NCBI GenBank assembly: GCA_013265495.1
Contig: MU061579.1
Span: 730,872-794,871, forward strand
DNA from: Vicugna vicugna
Lineage: Eukaryota
Length of the DNA stretch: 64,000 nucleotides
Reading direction: 5' to 3'
Shown: positions 49,728 to 62,969 of the stretch, in pieces
How the letters are laid out: each line of letters opens with the position of its first letter
Position numbering within the stretch: the first letter of the stretch is position 1
The notes under the pieces: model-generated
Databases searched by the model: none
What the model was told of the DNA's origin: nothing
Seen by the model: only the letters and a program-made list of their open reading frames with translations
Translations under genes and position numbers: made by a program

Positions 49728-50405
49728 TATCAACAGACAGTAGTTGGCACAGGAAAAAAAAAAATTAAGAAGGATCTCGTTGAGTGATTGTAGCCATTTC
49801 TAAGTGTAAGGTTTTATGGGGATTATTCACACATTGCTCTTTGTGGTTTGGCATGATATAGACTAAAAAGACAAATTATTTTTGTTCTTCCACCCACTCC
49901 TTAACAAGGAACTCAATATGTAATGACTTCAAACTCTAGTTTGAAAAAAAGAAAGAAAGGGGAACACAGAGGCGAATACTAATCCACAGTGATACTGGAA
50001 TCCTGCTGGGCGTGGGGATGACAGCCTTTTCAATGAAACGCTGATGCTACTCTCTGCTAGGCACTCATATCAACAGACAGTAGTTGGCACAGGAAAAAAA
50101 AAATTAAGAAGGATCTCGTTGAGTGATTGTAGCCATTTCTAAGTGTAAGGTTTTATGGGGATTATTCACACATTGCTCTTTGTGGTTTGGCATGATATAG
50201 ACTAAAAAGACAAATTATTTTTGTTCTTCCACCCACTCCTTAACAAGGAACTCAATATGTAATGACTTCAAACTCTAGTTTGAAAAAAAGAAAGAAAGGG
50301 GAACACAGAGGCGAATACTAATCCACAGTGATACTGGAATCCTGCTGGGCGTGGGGATGACAGCCTTTTCAATGAAACGCTGATGCTACTCTCTGCTAGG
50401 CACTC
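49728..50405. repeat. Near-perfect 339/338-bp tandem duplication
   Basis: 49728-50066 and 50068-50405 (tatcaacagacag...ctgctaggcactc) are identical by eye except A11 versus A10 in one run. One extra A at 50067. Confidence 0.97.
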
Positions 50406-50683
50406 TGTTCCTTGCTCTTCATGACCTCTGGCTTTACCCTTATGTATTACGCTGTTTGGCTGCATCAGTAGCAAGCCCCGTAAAGTAGATTTTCTGATGG
50501 TATTGCACTGCATTGACAGAGAACTTACTGCTGGAGCAAATTCATGGCCCCTGTAATTGCCTTTCAAGTAAACAAGTGCTTTTTAGCCATGGCCTTGGTT
50601 CTTTAGACCACAATTAACAAAAAGCTTAGTATGTGTTGGAATTAATTGTTCCTAATCAGTTCAATGTGTCAATCATCAGACTA

Positions 50684-50838
50684 GCAGTGTTTTTCTTTTT
50701 CCCTCTAGACTTAATGTTCAAGACTGATTTATTGTTTATCATCATGGCACCCATCTTCCACTACCTATGCAGTGTTTTTCTTTTTCCCTCTAGACTGATT
50801 TATTGTTTATCATCATGGCACCCATCTTCCACTACCTA
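50684..50838. repeat. 84/70-bp tandem duplication with a 14-bp deletion in copy 2
   Basis: gcagtgtttttc...ccactaccta at 50684-50767 and 50769-50838. Copy 2 lacks taatgttcaagact. One extra T at 50768. Confidence 0.95.
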
Positions 50839-51300
50839 AAGGAGTTGTCTTGAAGTTATCGGATCTATCTGGAGGCTATCTGGATGTTATCTAAGATAGG
50901 TCTGAATGGGCACATCCTTAATCTGATCTTTGATCCAGGGCTGAATCTTAATAAGTTCTTTGCCACTCAGAACCATCCTCAGTCTTATCTCTTGCTGCTT
51001 GAGTCTAAAAGCAATCAGCGTTTCTAGCCCCGCAAGGCCCCATGTTTCCAGTCATTTGCTACTCACTTTCATGTATGTTTTTCAACTGGCCAGTTCCTAT
51101 ACGAACGCATCTCTATCTAATTGTACTGTGTGATACATACCCATAGAGCCAACACCCAGTGTAAACTTCTGCTTTCTATCCTTTGCCCCGAGAGCGTCAA
51201 TGGACACATGGTCTGACATCCACATCAATGTGGGTGATTTTAACTATGTGATTTAGTACATGTTTTTGTTCAGTTGTAGGTCACATTGGTAGCCTACTTC

Positions 51301-51677
51301 TGTATTAGTCAAAATATATTAAATAAGGCAGCAAACAATCCCACATTGTCCATGGTTTTAGCACAATACTGTCTTTACTTCCAGTCCAGCATATACTGGC
51401 AGTCCTCCAAGACAGCAGTTTTGTAGTCAATGATTCAGAGACTTCAGAGGTTGGATGTGATGGGAACTCTCCTTTGGCCTTAAGGTCTTCCCCTGGGTTT
51501 TCTGCAGAGCAGAGGCAGGATAAGAACAGATCGTTGTGCTAGAAATCTGCACGTGTAGCGTGTGGCAGAACACAGCTCCTCGATCTCTCCTGTCGGGGAG
51601 GATGGGGTAGGTAGTTTATTCATGTTCAGAGAAGAAAAATAGATATTTGTGTGAAAAATTAACTGGTTTCTATAACA
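51301..51677 (-). mobile_element. MLT1J/K-like MaLR LTR
   Basis: Starts tgtattagtc...gcagcaaacaatcccaca and ends ggtagtttattcatgttcagagaagaaaaatagatatttgtgtgaaaaattaactggtttctataaca. Confidence 0.55.
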
Positions 51678-52849
51678 AGATGTATCTTTTAAAGGCTCAG
51701 AATAAAGTAAAGTTTATTATACACAAAGAATAGGTATAAAAAAATGAGGCCATATTTTACAAAGAAACACATATGTAAGTGGTTGTTATTTATAAAAAAA
51801 AAAATACCACCATGGGAAAATGTACAATCCTTTTACTACTACTAAAATTATGTAATCAATTTCAGATTTCCTTTTTAATTTTTAACTTTTGGGTAACTTG
51901 TAAAACCACATAAGGGAATCACTGATTACTTTATGATGATGATTTGAAACTGTCAAATTTTCCCTTTGCTGTAGTTTATACAGATAATGTTTACATAAAT
52001 AGATTTTACCAATGGAATAAACATCATCCAAATGAAAGCTGTATGGCTAAAAAAGAAGCTTCCATTAATAAATCTGTATGTGTTTTTAGTGGGTTTCATT
52101 TTCAGTAAAAGCCTGCATGCATTGAAAATAACTTTGTAAAAGAAGAAAGTTTAGAAATAAACTTTGATATAGTTATTAAGCTTTTACCATTGTCAGCCTA
52201 TTCTTTGAAGAATTGAAAGTGCTTTGAAATGACAAGTTTCTCTTCTAGCTTAGCAGGGGGGCTGAGTCAGACTGATTTTTTCTTTTTCAGTGAAATGACA
52301 AGATATAGTTAGAAAATATTGTTTTAAATTTGGTAGCTAGACTAACTCCATATTCCGTATGAAAACTTATATTCAAATTTTCAAAAGAAAGGTTGGTTGA
52401 TAGCCATATTTCTTTGTAGTATTAAACAGAATATATGCAAGTGACTAAACTTTGTAATTCAAAGTAAAGCATCAGATCTTTAGATGATTTGGCCTTGTTA
52501 TATCAGTTAGGAGTGACATTGATTTAGAAGGCCACCATTAGTGTAAATAAAGCACAAACACACACATACACAAATATAAAAGAAACTACTCCAAAAATTA
52601 CAATTTTCAGAGAAAAAGGATGATTAAAAATGCCAGATTTACCAGAGTAAGGTACAGAATACAAGAATTTGAATCAAAATTCTGCAACATATTGTTTGAT
52701 CTTATAAATGCCATGTAAGAATTCTAAACCCTCGTTGAATAAACTTAACAATGGAAATATCTCTTTTGCCAAACATATTGTCATGAATTTTAGATCCACA
52801 AACATGGCAAGGGCTTATTTTATATCAAGCACTTTTTAAAAATGAATAA

Positions 52850-54020
52850 CATCTAGAGATAGATAAAGATTTTTACTTTTCAGAAATCACAGTCTTGTAT
52901 GAGGGAGCAGAAGACAGCCAATGATTATAATGGATCTTAGTGTGCTGTGATGACACTTACAGAAGGACGGAGAAGGAAGACCTAGGAGTAGCCTTGGTGG
53001 AAGTGGACACATGCTCCCAGAAGGGAATGCTGCTGCAGCTGCTTCTCAGTGAAAAAGCAGATGTGTCCAAAGAGGAGAAGAAAGAGGATATTTCAAGCAC
53101 AAGAATAATGTGAACAAAGGCATTAAAAAATGAAAGTTCTGAATACATTTAGAAGAGGACTAATATGTTCTATCTGATTCAGTGGCTTTGAAGAGAATTC
53201 GGGAGTTTGATTACATTAAGTCTTGATGATAAGTTTGGGAAGTTGATAAGTTTGTTTCTGAAAATCACTGGAGCTCAAGAAAGGATTGTAAGACAGACGT
53301 ATGACAGACACACATTTATGAAGAAGCACTCAGCATAAATGAGACAGTTGGAAAAGGGTGAGAATGAATTCAGAGAGACCAGTTTGGAAGCTACTGTATC
53401 CAGGTAAGGTGATGTATAAGCCTGGAACAGAGACTGGGATAAATACAGAAAAGAGACTGAAATGAAATAAATGTAAGATTATGATCCAAGCCTTAGACAT
53501 GGGAAGAAATGGGTGCTCATATTCCCTTCTTCTTACTTGAGCAGCTACACAAAGAAGGGGGCTATTTACCTATATGGAGAAGTCAAGATGAAATTGCAAA
53601 TTTTGAGAGAGTTTAGTGATTCATTTGGAGGAACTATTCTTGAATATATTATTGTGAACTTCGAAATGCACCTGATAGGGATGTAGAGTCATGGCATGTG
53701 CATTTGGATGCTGTTAAATACATGCACTGGGATTAGGTTGCCCAGGAAGCAACTCCAGAGATGGACAGAAGGGCTCCAGATATTATATTTTATAGGAAAT
53801 GCCACTATCATTTAAAGAGGGCAGCAGAAAAGAGATGACAAAGATTCAGCCAGGGAAGGAATGACAAGTAAGGTGGAAGAGAGGGATAAGGTGATCTTAT
53901 GGAAGTCAAGAGAAAACTGTGGTTTAGATAGATTTTCAGGATTCCGTTCTGCTGGAAAATTATATAAGAGTTAAAATGTATCCACTGCACCTTAAAATAA
54001 AGAATGCATTGGAAGTCTTG
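52850..54020 (-). mobile_element. L2 fragment
   Basis: gagagaccagtttggaagctactgtatccaggtaaggtgat, ttgagcagct...gctatttacc and gaatgcattggaagtcttgca resemble antisense L2. Confidence 0.65.
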
Positions 54021-54689
54021 CATTTATATGATAATTTGCATGTGTACACATCAAAATGTGCTCATTTAATGAGAGGAGAAGTAAAAAAGCTTTCATCGCA
54101 TTTTTACACATATAAAGAAAAGTGGACATTCAGGTACAATCATTTAATGTGAATTTACGAAATTAAATCAATCCATATTTTGTTAATAAGCCTACAATGG
54201 CCTTAATTCATTATGGATAATTTATAGACCCTGTATATCCTATATTTCAGAGAGAGAGAGAGAATAAATGAATGAATATCAAGCGCATTAATTTTCCACA
54301 AATCCTCCAGACATATATGGAACACAAATCTATTTGCATCACTCTCTTGTAAAGACATTGACATCAATGTGAGTTTTATTCAATCATCATTTAAGTTTAA
54401 AATAATCTACCTGCTAAGGGACTTATTTATTTTTGCCTTGGGATAATCATAAAAGCATCAATCCATCAAGATTTCAATTTATGTGGGAAAATATATTCAT
54501 TTCCATTACTACAATTCTAGCAATTCCCAAGTTATGATTAGAAGTTATAAATGGGCTATGTCCCCTCAATTAATTTGTGTTTTAGCTCATAATCCATTTT
54601 TTTCACAAAAAATGTGATAAAGGTTGTTTTAGTTCTCTAAACTAACTCACAAAAATGCCTATGAATGACACTGAGTAAATTCAAATAGT

Positions 54690-54885
54690 AGTTAACATTT
54701 ATTGATTACTAACATGTTACGTGTTCTATAAATATGAGTACTTTAATCTTAATAACAATTCTGTGGTGTATGTACCATTTTTTCCTATTTCGTTGATATA
54801 TAACAAAAGAGAGAAGTAATTAACTCGTCTAAAGATACATAGCTTCTGAGATGTTGACCTGCGACTAGAATCTTGGATCTTATTC
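54690..54885 (-). mobile_element. MIR SINE
   Basis: agttaacatttattgattactaacatg...tttaatcttaataacaattctgtgg...gagaagtaattaactcgtctaaagatacatagct. Confidence 0.65.
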
Positions 54886-54904
54886 TAAAGCATATATTTA
54901 TGTC

Positions 54905-55170
54905 ATTATAAAACTTTTACTATAGATAAATTTCAAAATGTATCGAAGTAGAAATGAAAGTATAATTAATCCCCTATGCAGCCATCATTCAGCTTCAATG
55001 GTTCTTATCTCATGATCAACGTTTCATCTGTATCACCACTTAACCTCCCCCTCCTCCACCTCCTCTGTATTATTTTGAAGCATTCCACACAGCATGTAGT
55101 TTCATCTTAAGATTTCCCTCTGTCTCTAGAATATTTCATTTTAACATAGCTCTAGTAGTATTATTCCATG
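54905..55170 (-). mobile_element. L1MC4/5-like 3' terminal fragment
   Basis: aaatttcaaaatgtatcgaagtagaaatgaaagtataattaatcccc...ccatcattcagcttcaa...tattattttgaagca. Confidence 0.65.
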
Positions 55171-55661
55171 ACTCTACAAAAGAGTTTCACAAAGTGTATG
55201 TGCTCTGCCTAAAGTCATGATAAAATACATGTCACATGCGATACCTTGATTAATGAAGCTCAGAAAATTCTGGGTCAATAGAATTTAAATATATTTATTT
55301 TAAGACATCTTATCTTTACTAGCATTGTTAATATGTAGCTTTAGTAGGACTTCTAAACTAATAAGTAGGATACATAGTGTATAATATCCCCAGAAATCAT
55401 TATCCATTGAATTTTTTCCCTAACAGAAGAAATTTCTTTCTGCAAACTTGAAAGAATACACATCCATACACACCCATGTTGGGAGTTTGTGTGTGTTTAT
55501 AGATGTATGTATGTGTACGTGTATAAACACACACATATTCATATATATATGTTTATAATCATATGTAGTAACTTACTCTTTATCATAACTTATCAGTAAA
55601 TTCAGTGCATTTGAATAAGACTTAAGATTTTTACCAGGAAGATAAAGAGAAGTTTGCAAGG

Positions 55662-55700
55662 TAAAAAAAAAAAAATATATATATATATATATACACGTTT

Positions 55701-55744
<44 letters not shown>

Positions 55745-55764
55745 TTTATACACACACACACACA
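55662..55764. repeat. Compound A(n)/(TA)n/(CA)n microsatellite
   Basis: Poly-A, two (TA)n runs and two (CA)n runs read directly. Confidence 0.95.
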
Positions 55765-57599
55765 TGAAAAACAGAATGGAAAACAGAGCATCACACAATG
55801 GCTGCTAGCCTGTCATGGGAAAGAAATAATTGCATATTATTTCTAATATGCAATTCATATGTTATTTGTATATAGCCCACAGCCCATTGGATGGCCCAAC
55901 ATGACATTACAACTTTTAAGACATTTGAGGGCAATCTTCTGCATGATTCAAGTTTGTATTATCAACTGTGATTAGCACTGTGTCTTGGACATAGAGTCCT
56001 GGGAAAAATTATCAATTTGTGAATTTACTTACTATTATATTAAAGAGTAGATTTTCAAGTGCTTTAGGGAAAAACATAATGTGAGCTTTGTCTTTATCGA
56101 ACTTGATTCATGAAGAGACTGGGTGTATAAAACATTCTGTTGCTTAGCCAAATCTTCTGGAAGAGACTCCCTGAGAAATTACCTTTTCTCAGGTATATTA
56201 GTTCCTTTTTGTGCCTCAGGAGAGGCAATTTACCTTTCAAGTATGAAGAACTTGCTTTGAGAAAGTATTTCACTCATTCTGACTCCTTGGAAGATTGGGC
56301 CAGATTTAAAGAAATTACGTTTTATTTTTAGCAGATGAGGGTCAAATGTGACCAACACCACATGGATCTTGCAAGGATTACCTGTTTTATCTCATTCATT
56401 CTACATCATATGCAATTCCTGTATCCCTGTCAAGACATAAAACTCTTAAATAATCCCAAGAATTTACTCCATTATTAGAATTGAGTACATATTGACAATG
56501 AATTGGGAACTCATTTCCATTTTGCACAGTTGCTGACTATGTAAGTTCAAAAGTGTACTCCATTTTTGTATGTTCCACAGTTATAAGGTAGTTTCAGAGA
56601 CATCTTATTTAACATTTAGGATAGTTCTTTGAAATGAGACTAGAGTGAAGATAAGTGATTTTTTTCAAGGTCATCTGAGAGTCACAGTCACATTTTGAAA
56701 TCAGGACTTCTAACCCCAGGTTAGTTTGGTTTCCATAGCACTATTGAGTTTTGACTACACTTGCTAGAGTTAGCAGAAACAAGAGATAGAAAGATCAGTT
56801 GTAATTAAGTGCATTGATTCAAGATTTTACAAGGATAATCTTAAAATGATTTGGAATTTTAAATTGTATTTCAGAAGTATTAGGATGTATGAAATATTTA
56901 TTTTTAGCTGTGCTAGAATCTGTGTTTATCCAATCATATAGAGAATCTGTCTTATTAATGTAATATTATTTTTCTTTAACTTAAATCTTTATACATTCTC
57001 TTATCCATATTAGATGACTCAAGAAAAATCAAATGGGGTAAGGAAATTCACTGTTGAGAATAACGTTATATTTTTGCTTCCTTTTGTTTTTAATAGACAT
57101 TTTTAGAGCAGTTTTAGGTTCACAGTAATTACACTTCTAAAACAGTGATAAAGACTGCATTAACAAGAGGTCTAAAATTATTTAGTTGGTCTTGAGATTT
57201 GGGCTGGTTTTTCAGAACCCAAAAAGAGGCACCAACAGTAATGAAAACTACACAGAATGACCAAAAATAAAACGATACATATATAAAATATAAAACTTAA
57301 AAAAAAACTAATACAGACAAACACCAACAAAGAAATAAAAACAGAAAGAGCTTATGAGTCAAAATAAGAGTTTTCATGGAAAAAATGTATAATATAAAAA
57401 TACTATAAAACTCTTAAAATGCCAACGATTAGTTATATGACTTTTGAACTCTGTCATAGCTGTATTTGTTCTGTGATACAACAATCATATTTTGATCAAG
57501 GTAAATTAAAATTAAAGAGAATGATTAACTCTTGGTTATGACTGAATTACACACACTTAGTCATCATGTCTCAGGTCGTATTAAAATATCTATGCTAAT

Positions 57600-58000
57600 A
57601 TTGTAAGTAGTTTTCTGTACTTCAACGTATAAAAGCCTGAAAACTGTATTTCCCAGACTCCCTTGCAGGAGTGTTATTATACTAGGTAACAGAGACTTTG
57701 GGAGGTTTGAAAACTGGGATTTAAAGACAAATCATATTCTCAGGTGATAGCTGCAGACAGGTATGTGGGCTACAGAGAAATCCAATGATAGACTTTGCTA
57801 AGGTTTTACAATGCTTCTTTCCTATGGATCATCCACTGTAGTACTGCAGGCAAATAAGATAATTGGTGGAAATTTCCAGGGGCTTTTCCACCTTTATTAG
57901 CCTTTACTAGCCCTTTGGTGGTGCTTTATGTATTTAATTCTCTTCCTAGTTGAGATACCTAGAGTTGGCTTACATTTTCATGTGGCTCCTGAATGAGTCA
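57600..58000 (+). mobile_element. LTR33/LTR16-like ERVL LTR
   Basis: ctgaaaactgtatttcccagactcccttgcagg ... taattctcttcctagttgagatacctagagttggctt. Confidence 0.6.
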
Positions 58001-59751
58001 TCTCCCTAGTAGGCATATTTGTTCTGTTCAGTGTGAACCTCTGTTTAGGAGCCAATGACTCAGTTTTTGAGCATTAGTGTCATTTTTGGTAAAAAATATC
58101 AGCATACTTCTCCCTATTGTTAATAAGGGTAATATAAACAAAGGTTAAAACATGGCATCAATTTTGATAAAATAAAATATTTCATTAACTTCCAAAATAA
58201 AGGAAGTTTTTTTTTTAATAAATTCAATTTTAAGGACCATTCAGTAGAGTTTATAATAACTGATGGGTGTGATTGGCTCTTATAAGAGTACAAACATGGG
58301 AACTGGATTCCTGAATTTGAGAACTTGAAGGTTAAAATTAGATGAGATAAAAATCTAAAATAAAGACAATCATAAGTGGCTTACTTCAAGTGAATTACAA
58401 CTTTTTAAATCAAACTTCAAAATATCAGGGCAGGGACTGCTCTTTGTAAAATATGCAAGAGTTACATTTAGGACAAATACAATCATGTACTCAAGTAGAC
58501 ATATTGCACACGGGTTAAACACATTTTCTGCCAGTGGTGGTACACAGGAAATAAAACTAGGCATGTGAAATAATTGGACATCTTGAGAAATGACAGAGCT
58601 AGGACAGGTTAGGATATAGTTATAACTGGGGTATCTCTAATCTTTAAAGAGAGACTTAACAAAGCTGTGGTTATATGATTTTTCCACAATGAACCAAAAT
58701 TCAAACAGTAGATAGTCTTTCAATAATAATATAAGAGATTGTGTCTTTTTCATATTTAGATCTACAAGTGTCTTCAGCAGCTCAAAAACTGTTGAGTTTA
58801 GCAGCTACATAGTCAGCATAATTCGTTTGAGGAGGACTCTCCTTGACACTGTTGATTGTAATATCTGACAACTGTGAACTGTGCATTTTATAAGTTAAAA
58901 AAAAAAGTAATATTTTTAATACTGCCTCCAGTACTTAAATTTTAGCCCCAAGGATGAAAATCATGTCCCTCCGATAACCAATCTGTAAGAAACTGAATAC
59001 TAGGTTAGACTGACCATGGAATCGACCTAGGATTACAATCACCAAGTGTAAAATTTTAAGCCTTTTTGTAATTTAAAATTCAATTTTAAGGTTTACTTCA
59101 CTCATTTATTTTTTCGGTTCTTCCCCTGTATCCTCTCCGTTCCCTTGGATTGCATTTTACCACTGTCTTTTCCTGTTCCGTTTCCCTTTCCTTGCTCCAG
59201 GCATTCTTAGTGTCTGCCACTGATTTCTTTTCTTCTTACCTACATATTTTGGGGACTATCAATCCATGTACTGATTTGGGCACTTTCCTTTTCCTTCTTT
59301 ATGAAATTTCTCTGTGTAATTCTCCCACTGCTGTAGTTTCAATTATCACTGCTGTGTACGATATACCTGTAGTAGGTTGAATAATGGAATATATTTTACC
59401 TTCTTTGGATAAATTATCTTACAGATCTAATTCAATTAAGGATCTTAAAATGAGGATATTACTTTGGATTACATATACCATCATAAGTATTCCTATTAGA
59501 GAGAGGCAAATGGAGATAATGCATCATCTATTAAAGAGATTTGGAAATAGTAGGTTTTACCATAAAATACAATTTTGTCTTATGTCCCTTTCCTTTGATG
59601 ATGCTCTCCTCCTTGACTGGGGTAAATTTATGCACCTCCTCCACTTAATGAACATCTACATTTTTTGTCAAAGTCCAACTCCAAAGTCACTTTTTCTATA
59701 TGGTATATCCCCATCCTCTGGAAGAGATCATTTCCCACAAGAGAGACCATA

Positions 59752-61154
59752 GCCTCTAGTAACCACAGATCTGATCTCTTTTTCTTCAAGTTTGTTTGGG
59801 TTGCTTGTTTGTTTGTCTTGGAAGCACACAACATATTGATTTGATATTTCTATACATTTCAAAATGATCACCATGATATGTCTAGTTACCATGTGTCACG
59901 ACACAAAGATATTACATAATTATTAACTATATTCCCCACATATACGCTTCATACCCATGATACTTATTTTGCTCCTGGAAGTTTGTGCCCATTAATCTCT
60001 ATCACATATTTCCACCTCTAACATCCTTACCCTTTGGTAACCACCTATTTGTTCTCTTTATCTGTGACTGTTTCTCTTTGGTTATGTTTGTTCATTTGTT
60101 TTTTAGATTCCATGTATAAGTGAAATCATAAAGTATTTGTCTTTCTCTGTCTGACTTATTTCACTTCATATAATACTCTCTAGGTCCATCCATTGTCACA
60201 AATGGCAAGATTTCATTCTTCTTTAGGGCTGAGTAATATTCTTTATCCATTCATTTATTGATGGACACAGGTTGCTTTCATGTTGTGGCTACTGTAAATA
60301 ATGCTGCAATGAGTATAGAGGTGCATATATTTTTATGAAGTAGTATTTTAATTTTCTTTGGGTAAATACACAGGAATGGAATTGCGGGAACGTGTGGTAG
60401 TTCTATTTTTAATTCTTTTGAGGAATCTCCATGCTTTTTTCATAGTGGCTGCTTCAATTTACCTTCTGGCATGAGGGTTCCCTTTTCTCCACATCCTTAC
60501 TAACACTTGTTATTTGTTGTCTTTTTGAAAAAAGCCATTCTGACAAGTGTGAGATGTTACTGTGGTTTTGATTTCCATTTCCCTGATGATTAATGATGTT
60601 GAGCATCTTTTCATGTGCTTGTTGGCCATCTGTTTGTCTTCTTTGGAAAAATGTCTATTCATTTCCTCTGTCCATTTTTTAATTGAGTTGATTGATTTTT
60701 TGATATTGAATTGTATGAGTTCTTTGTACATTTTGGTATAAAGCTCTTATCCAGATAGATTGCTTTGCAAATATCTTCTCCTGTTCATTTGGTGGTCTTT
60801 TCACTTCCGTGATAGTTTGCTTCGTTGTGCAAAAGCTTTTTAGTTTGATGTAGTCCCATTGGTTTATTTTGGCTTTTGTTTCCCTTGCCTGAGGAGACAT
60901 ATATAAAAAATAATACTAAAAATAATGTCAAGGAGTACACTGCCTATATTTTCTTCTGGAAGTTTTATGGTTACAGATCTTATTCATAAATCTTTTACCC
61001 ATTTTGAATTTATTTTTGTGTGTGGTGTGAGAAAATAGCACAGTTTGATTACTTGCATGCAGCTGCCCAGTATTTCCAACATCATTTATTGAAGAGGTGG
61101 TCTTTTCCCCAGTGTATATTCTTGCTTCCTTTGTTGAAGATTAATTGCCCATAT
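59752..61154 (-). mobile_element. L1 ORF2 C-terminal region and 3' UTR
   Basis: Minus-strand ORFs ETKAKINQWDYIKLKSFCTTK and [40 protein letters not shown] are L1 ORF2. The 3' UTR includes ttctatacatttcaaaatgatcacc. Confidence 0.95.
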
Positions 61155-61600
61155 GAGAGGGAACATGTGAGAATTTTTGTGCACCTTTTAAGTGTGGCAT
61201 CTCTATTTCCTACAGCCCTCTGCCTCTCTCAAAAGTAAGCCCTGCTGGCCTCCTCCTGGGGAGGGGCACTTGTCTTCTCTAGGCAGGACCCCTGGGCGGG
61301 GAAGCTCAATATTGGGCTCGTGACCTTCTCTCCTTGGGATGAATCTTTGAGACTGTAATTATCCTCCTGTTTGTGGGTTTCCCAACCAGGGTTATGGGCC
61401 TTGACTATAAAATGTCTCTGCCCCTCCTAACTGTCTCGATTGTGGTTCCTTCTTTGTATCTTTAGTTGTCAAAGATTTTTTTTCTGATAGTCTTTAGGTG
61501 CTTCTTATCAATAATCACTCTATAAATAGATGGAATTTTGTTGTGCCTGTGGGAGGAGGTGAGCTCAGGGTCTTCTTAATTTGCCATCTTGTCCTGACCT
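61155..61600 (-). mobile_element. L1 5' UTR/promoter end fused to the ORF2 3' part
   Basis: More GC-rich segment (aaagtaagccctgctggcc, gtaattatcctcctgtttgtggg, gattgtggttccttctttgtatctttagttgt, ggaggtgagctcagggtc) ending gccatcttg, the antisense of the caagatggc YY1 motif at L1 5' ends. Confidence 0.8.
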
Positions 61601-61714
61601 CTCTTATAGTCTTCTTATCTTGTATTTGTCATTAGGGCAGAGAGCCTATTTATTTTTGTGTTTGTAGTAACCTGTGCTTATTACAGAGCAGGCATCTAAA
61701 AGCAGGGCTTCATG

Positions 61715-62120
61715 CAGCAGTGTGCTGACACATATTTAACAACTTTATTTTTTAAAAATATGGCATTTTCCCTTTTTATGATGTAAGTATTCCCACAATA
61801 GCCAGTTTCTAGCTGCCAATATGATACTGCTGAAAGTGGAATTGGAAAGGTTGCACAATGGCACATCAGTGTATGTTATTTCACTGTACACATGAACTAT
61901 ACATAAATAATCATGGACATAAATTAATGATAAAACAGAGAAAAACGATCAGGAAGTGATGAGTTTTGAGATTTTATTTTTTTAGTGTAATACATTTAGG
62001 AGTAAATTTGTGTAATTAATCTTAAATAATGTCTGTGTTTAGCAGCCAGCAAGCAATATTCCTGAAAAATGAATGCTCAGCTCTCGTGAGCCAGGATGAG
62101 CTGGCTTCAGTGCATCATTG
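61715..62120 (-). mobile_element. MER63-like (hAT-Blackjack) element
   Basis: Degenerate TIRs cagcagtgtgctg ... cagtgcatcattg. Internal aggaagtgatgagttttgag and gctctcgtgagccaggatgagctggct. Confidence 0.75.
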
Positions 62121-62969
62121 ATTTTATGACATAATACACTGGTCCAGTAAATGTAAAGCCTTGTTTAAAAAATTCTAAGAATCATATTCAATCTATTCAC
62201 TCAATAAGTAAGTTTATGATGTTTCAAACTATATTATATTTTTTGCATGAAAGTAAATAGAAACAGTGAAATACACAGAACTTTATTTTTTTGGAGAGAA
62301 TGAGGAGGCATAAAGCATGCAGTAAGATGGCAAATATTTTTCAATGAAAACACCTGTTTTAAAATATAAAAAACTTTATATTGGCAATAAGGTGTAAATA
62401 AAAATTTGATCATATACTTCAAATAACTATAAAACCAACCACAGCCCAGAGTATTTTCTCTTCTGATAGTATGTAATCTCTTATTACAGATGACTTTGTT
62501 AATTCTTTCTAATCCATTCATATTTTAAGGATAATTACAAATTAAAAATCATCAAAATATATTTGATTAATCAACTAATATTTAAATATTTTATCCTCAG
62601 CAAAGGCTAAGGCTAAATTCAATAATCTTTTTAAAATTATAACTCAAAATTTTCTTTACATGATTAAATATAAGCTATTTGAAGGGATAGTTAGTTTTTT
62701 TTTAAGGCAAATGATTTATTTTTTATTTGTTGATGTGCCATCTTCACTTTCCTCACTTTATAAAACATTTTATATTTCCAGACATATGAGGATACTTTAC
62801 ATATTTTTTTCTGATTTTTCCCTATAGTTTTGTCTTTTATATAATGTCAAAAAAAAATAGACCATAAAGTTTTTTTTTTTTTTGAGTGGAATTAAACCAG
62901 GTCAAAGTATCTGAAATTTTTTAAGATGCATGATATGTATTGATAATTTTTTAAAAGTTTTTTTTGATC

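Noticed and set aside
49728..50838. Direct repeats as a CRISPR-like array
   Set aside because: Only two copies of each unit, no spacers, and a mammalian context with no cas genes.
60510..60900. ORFs with clear protein similarity
   Set aside because: Frameshifted L1 ORF2 remnants, not a host gene or an active retroelement.
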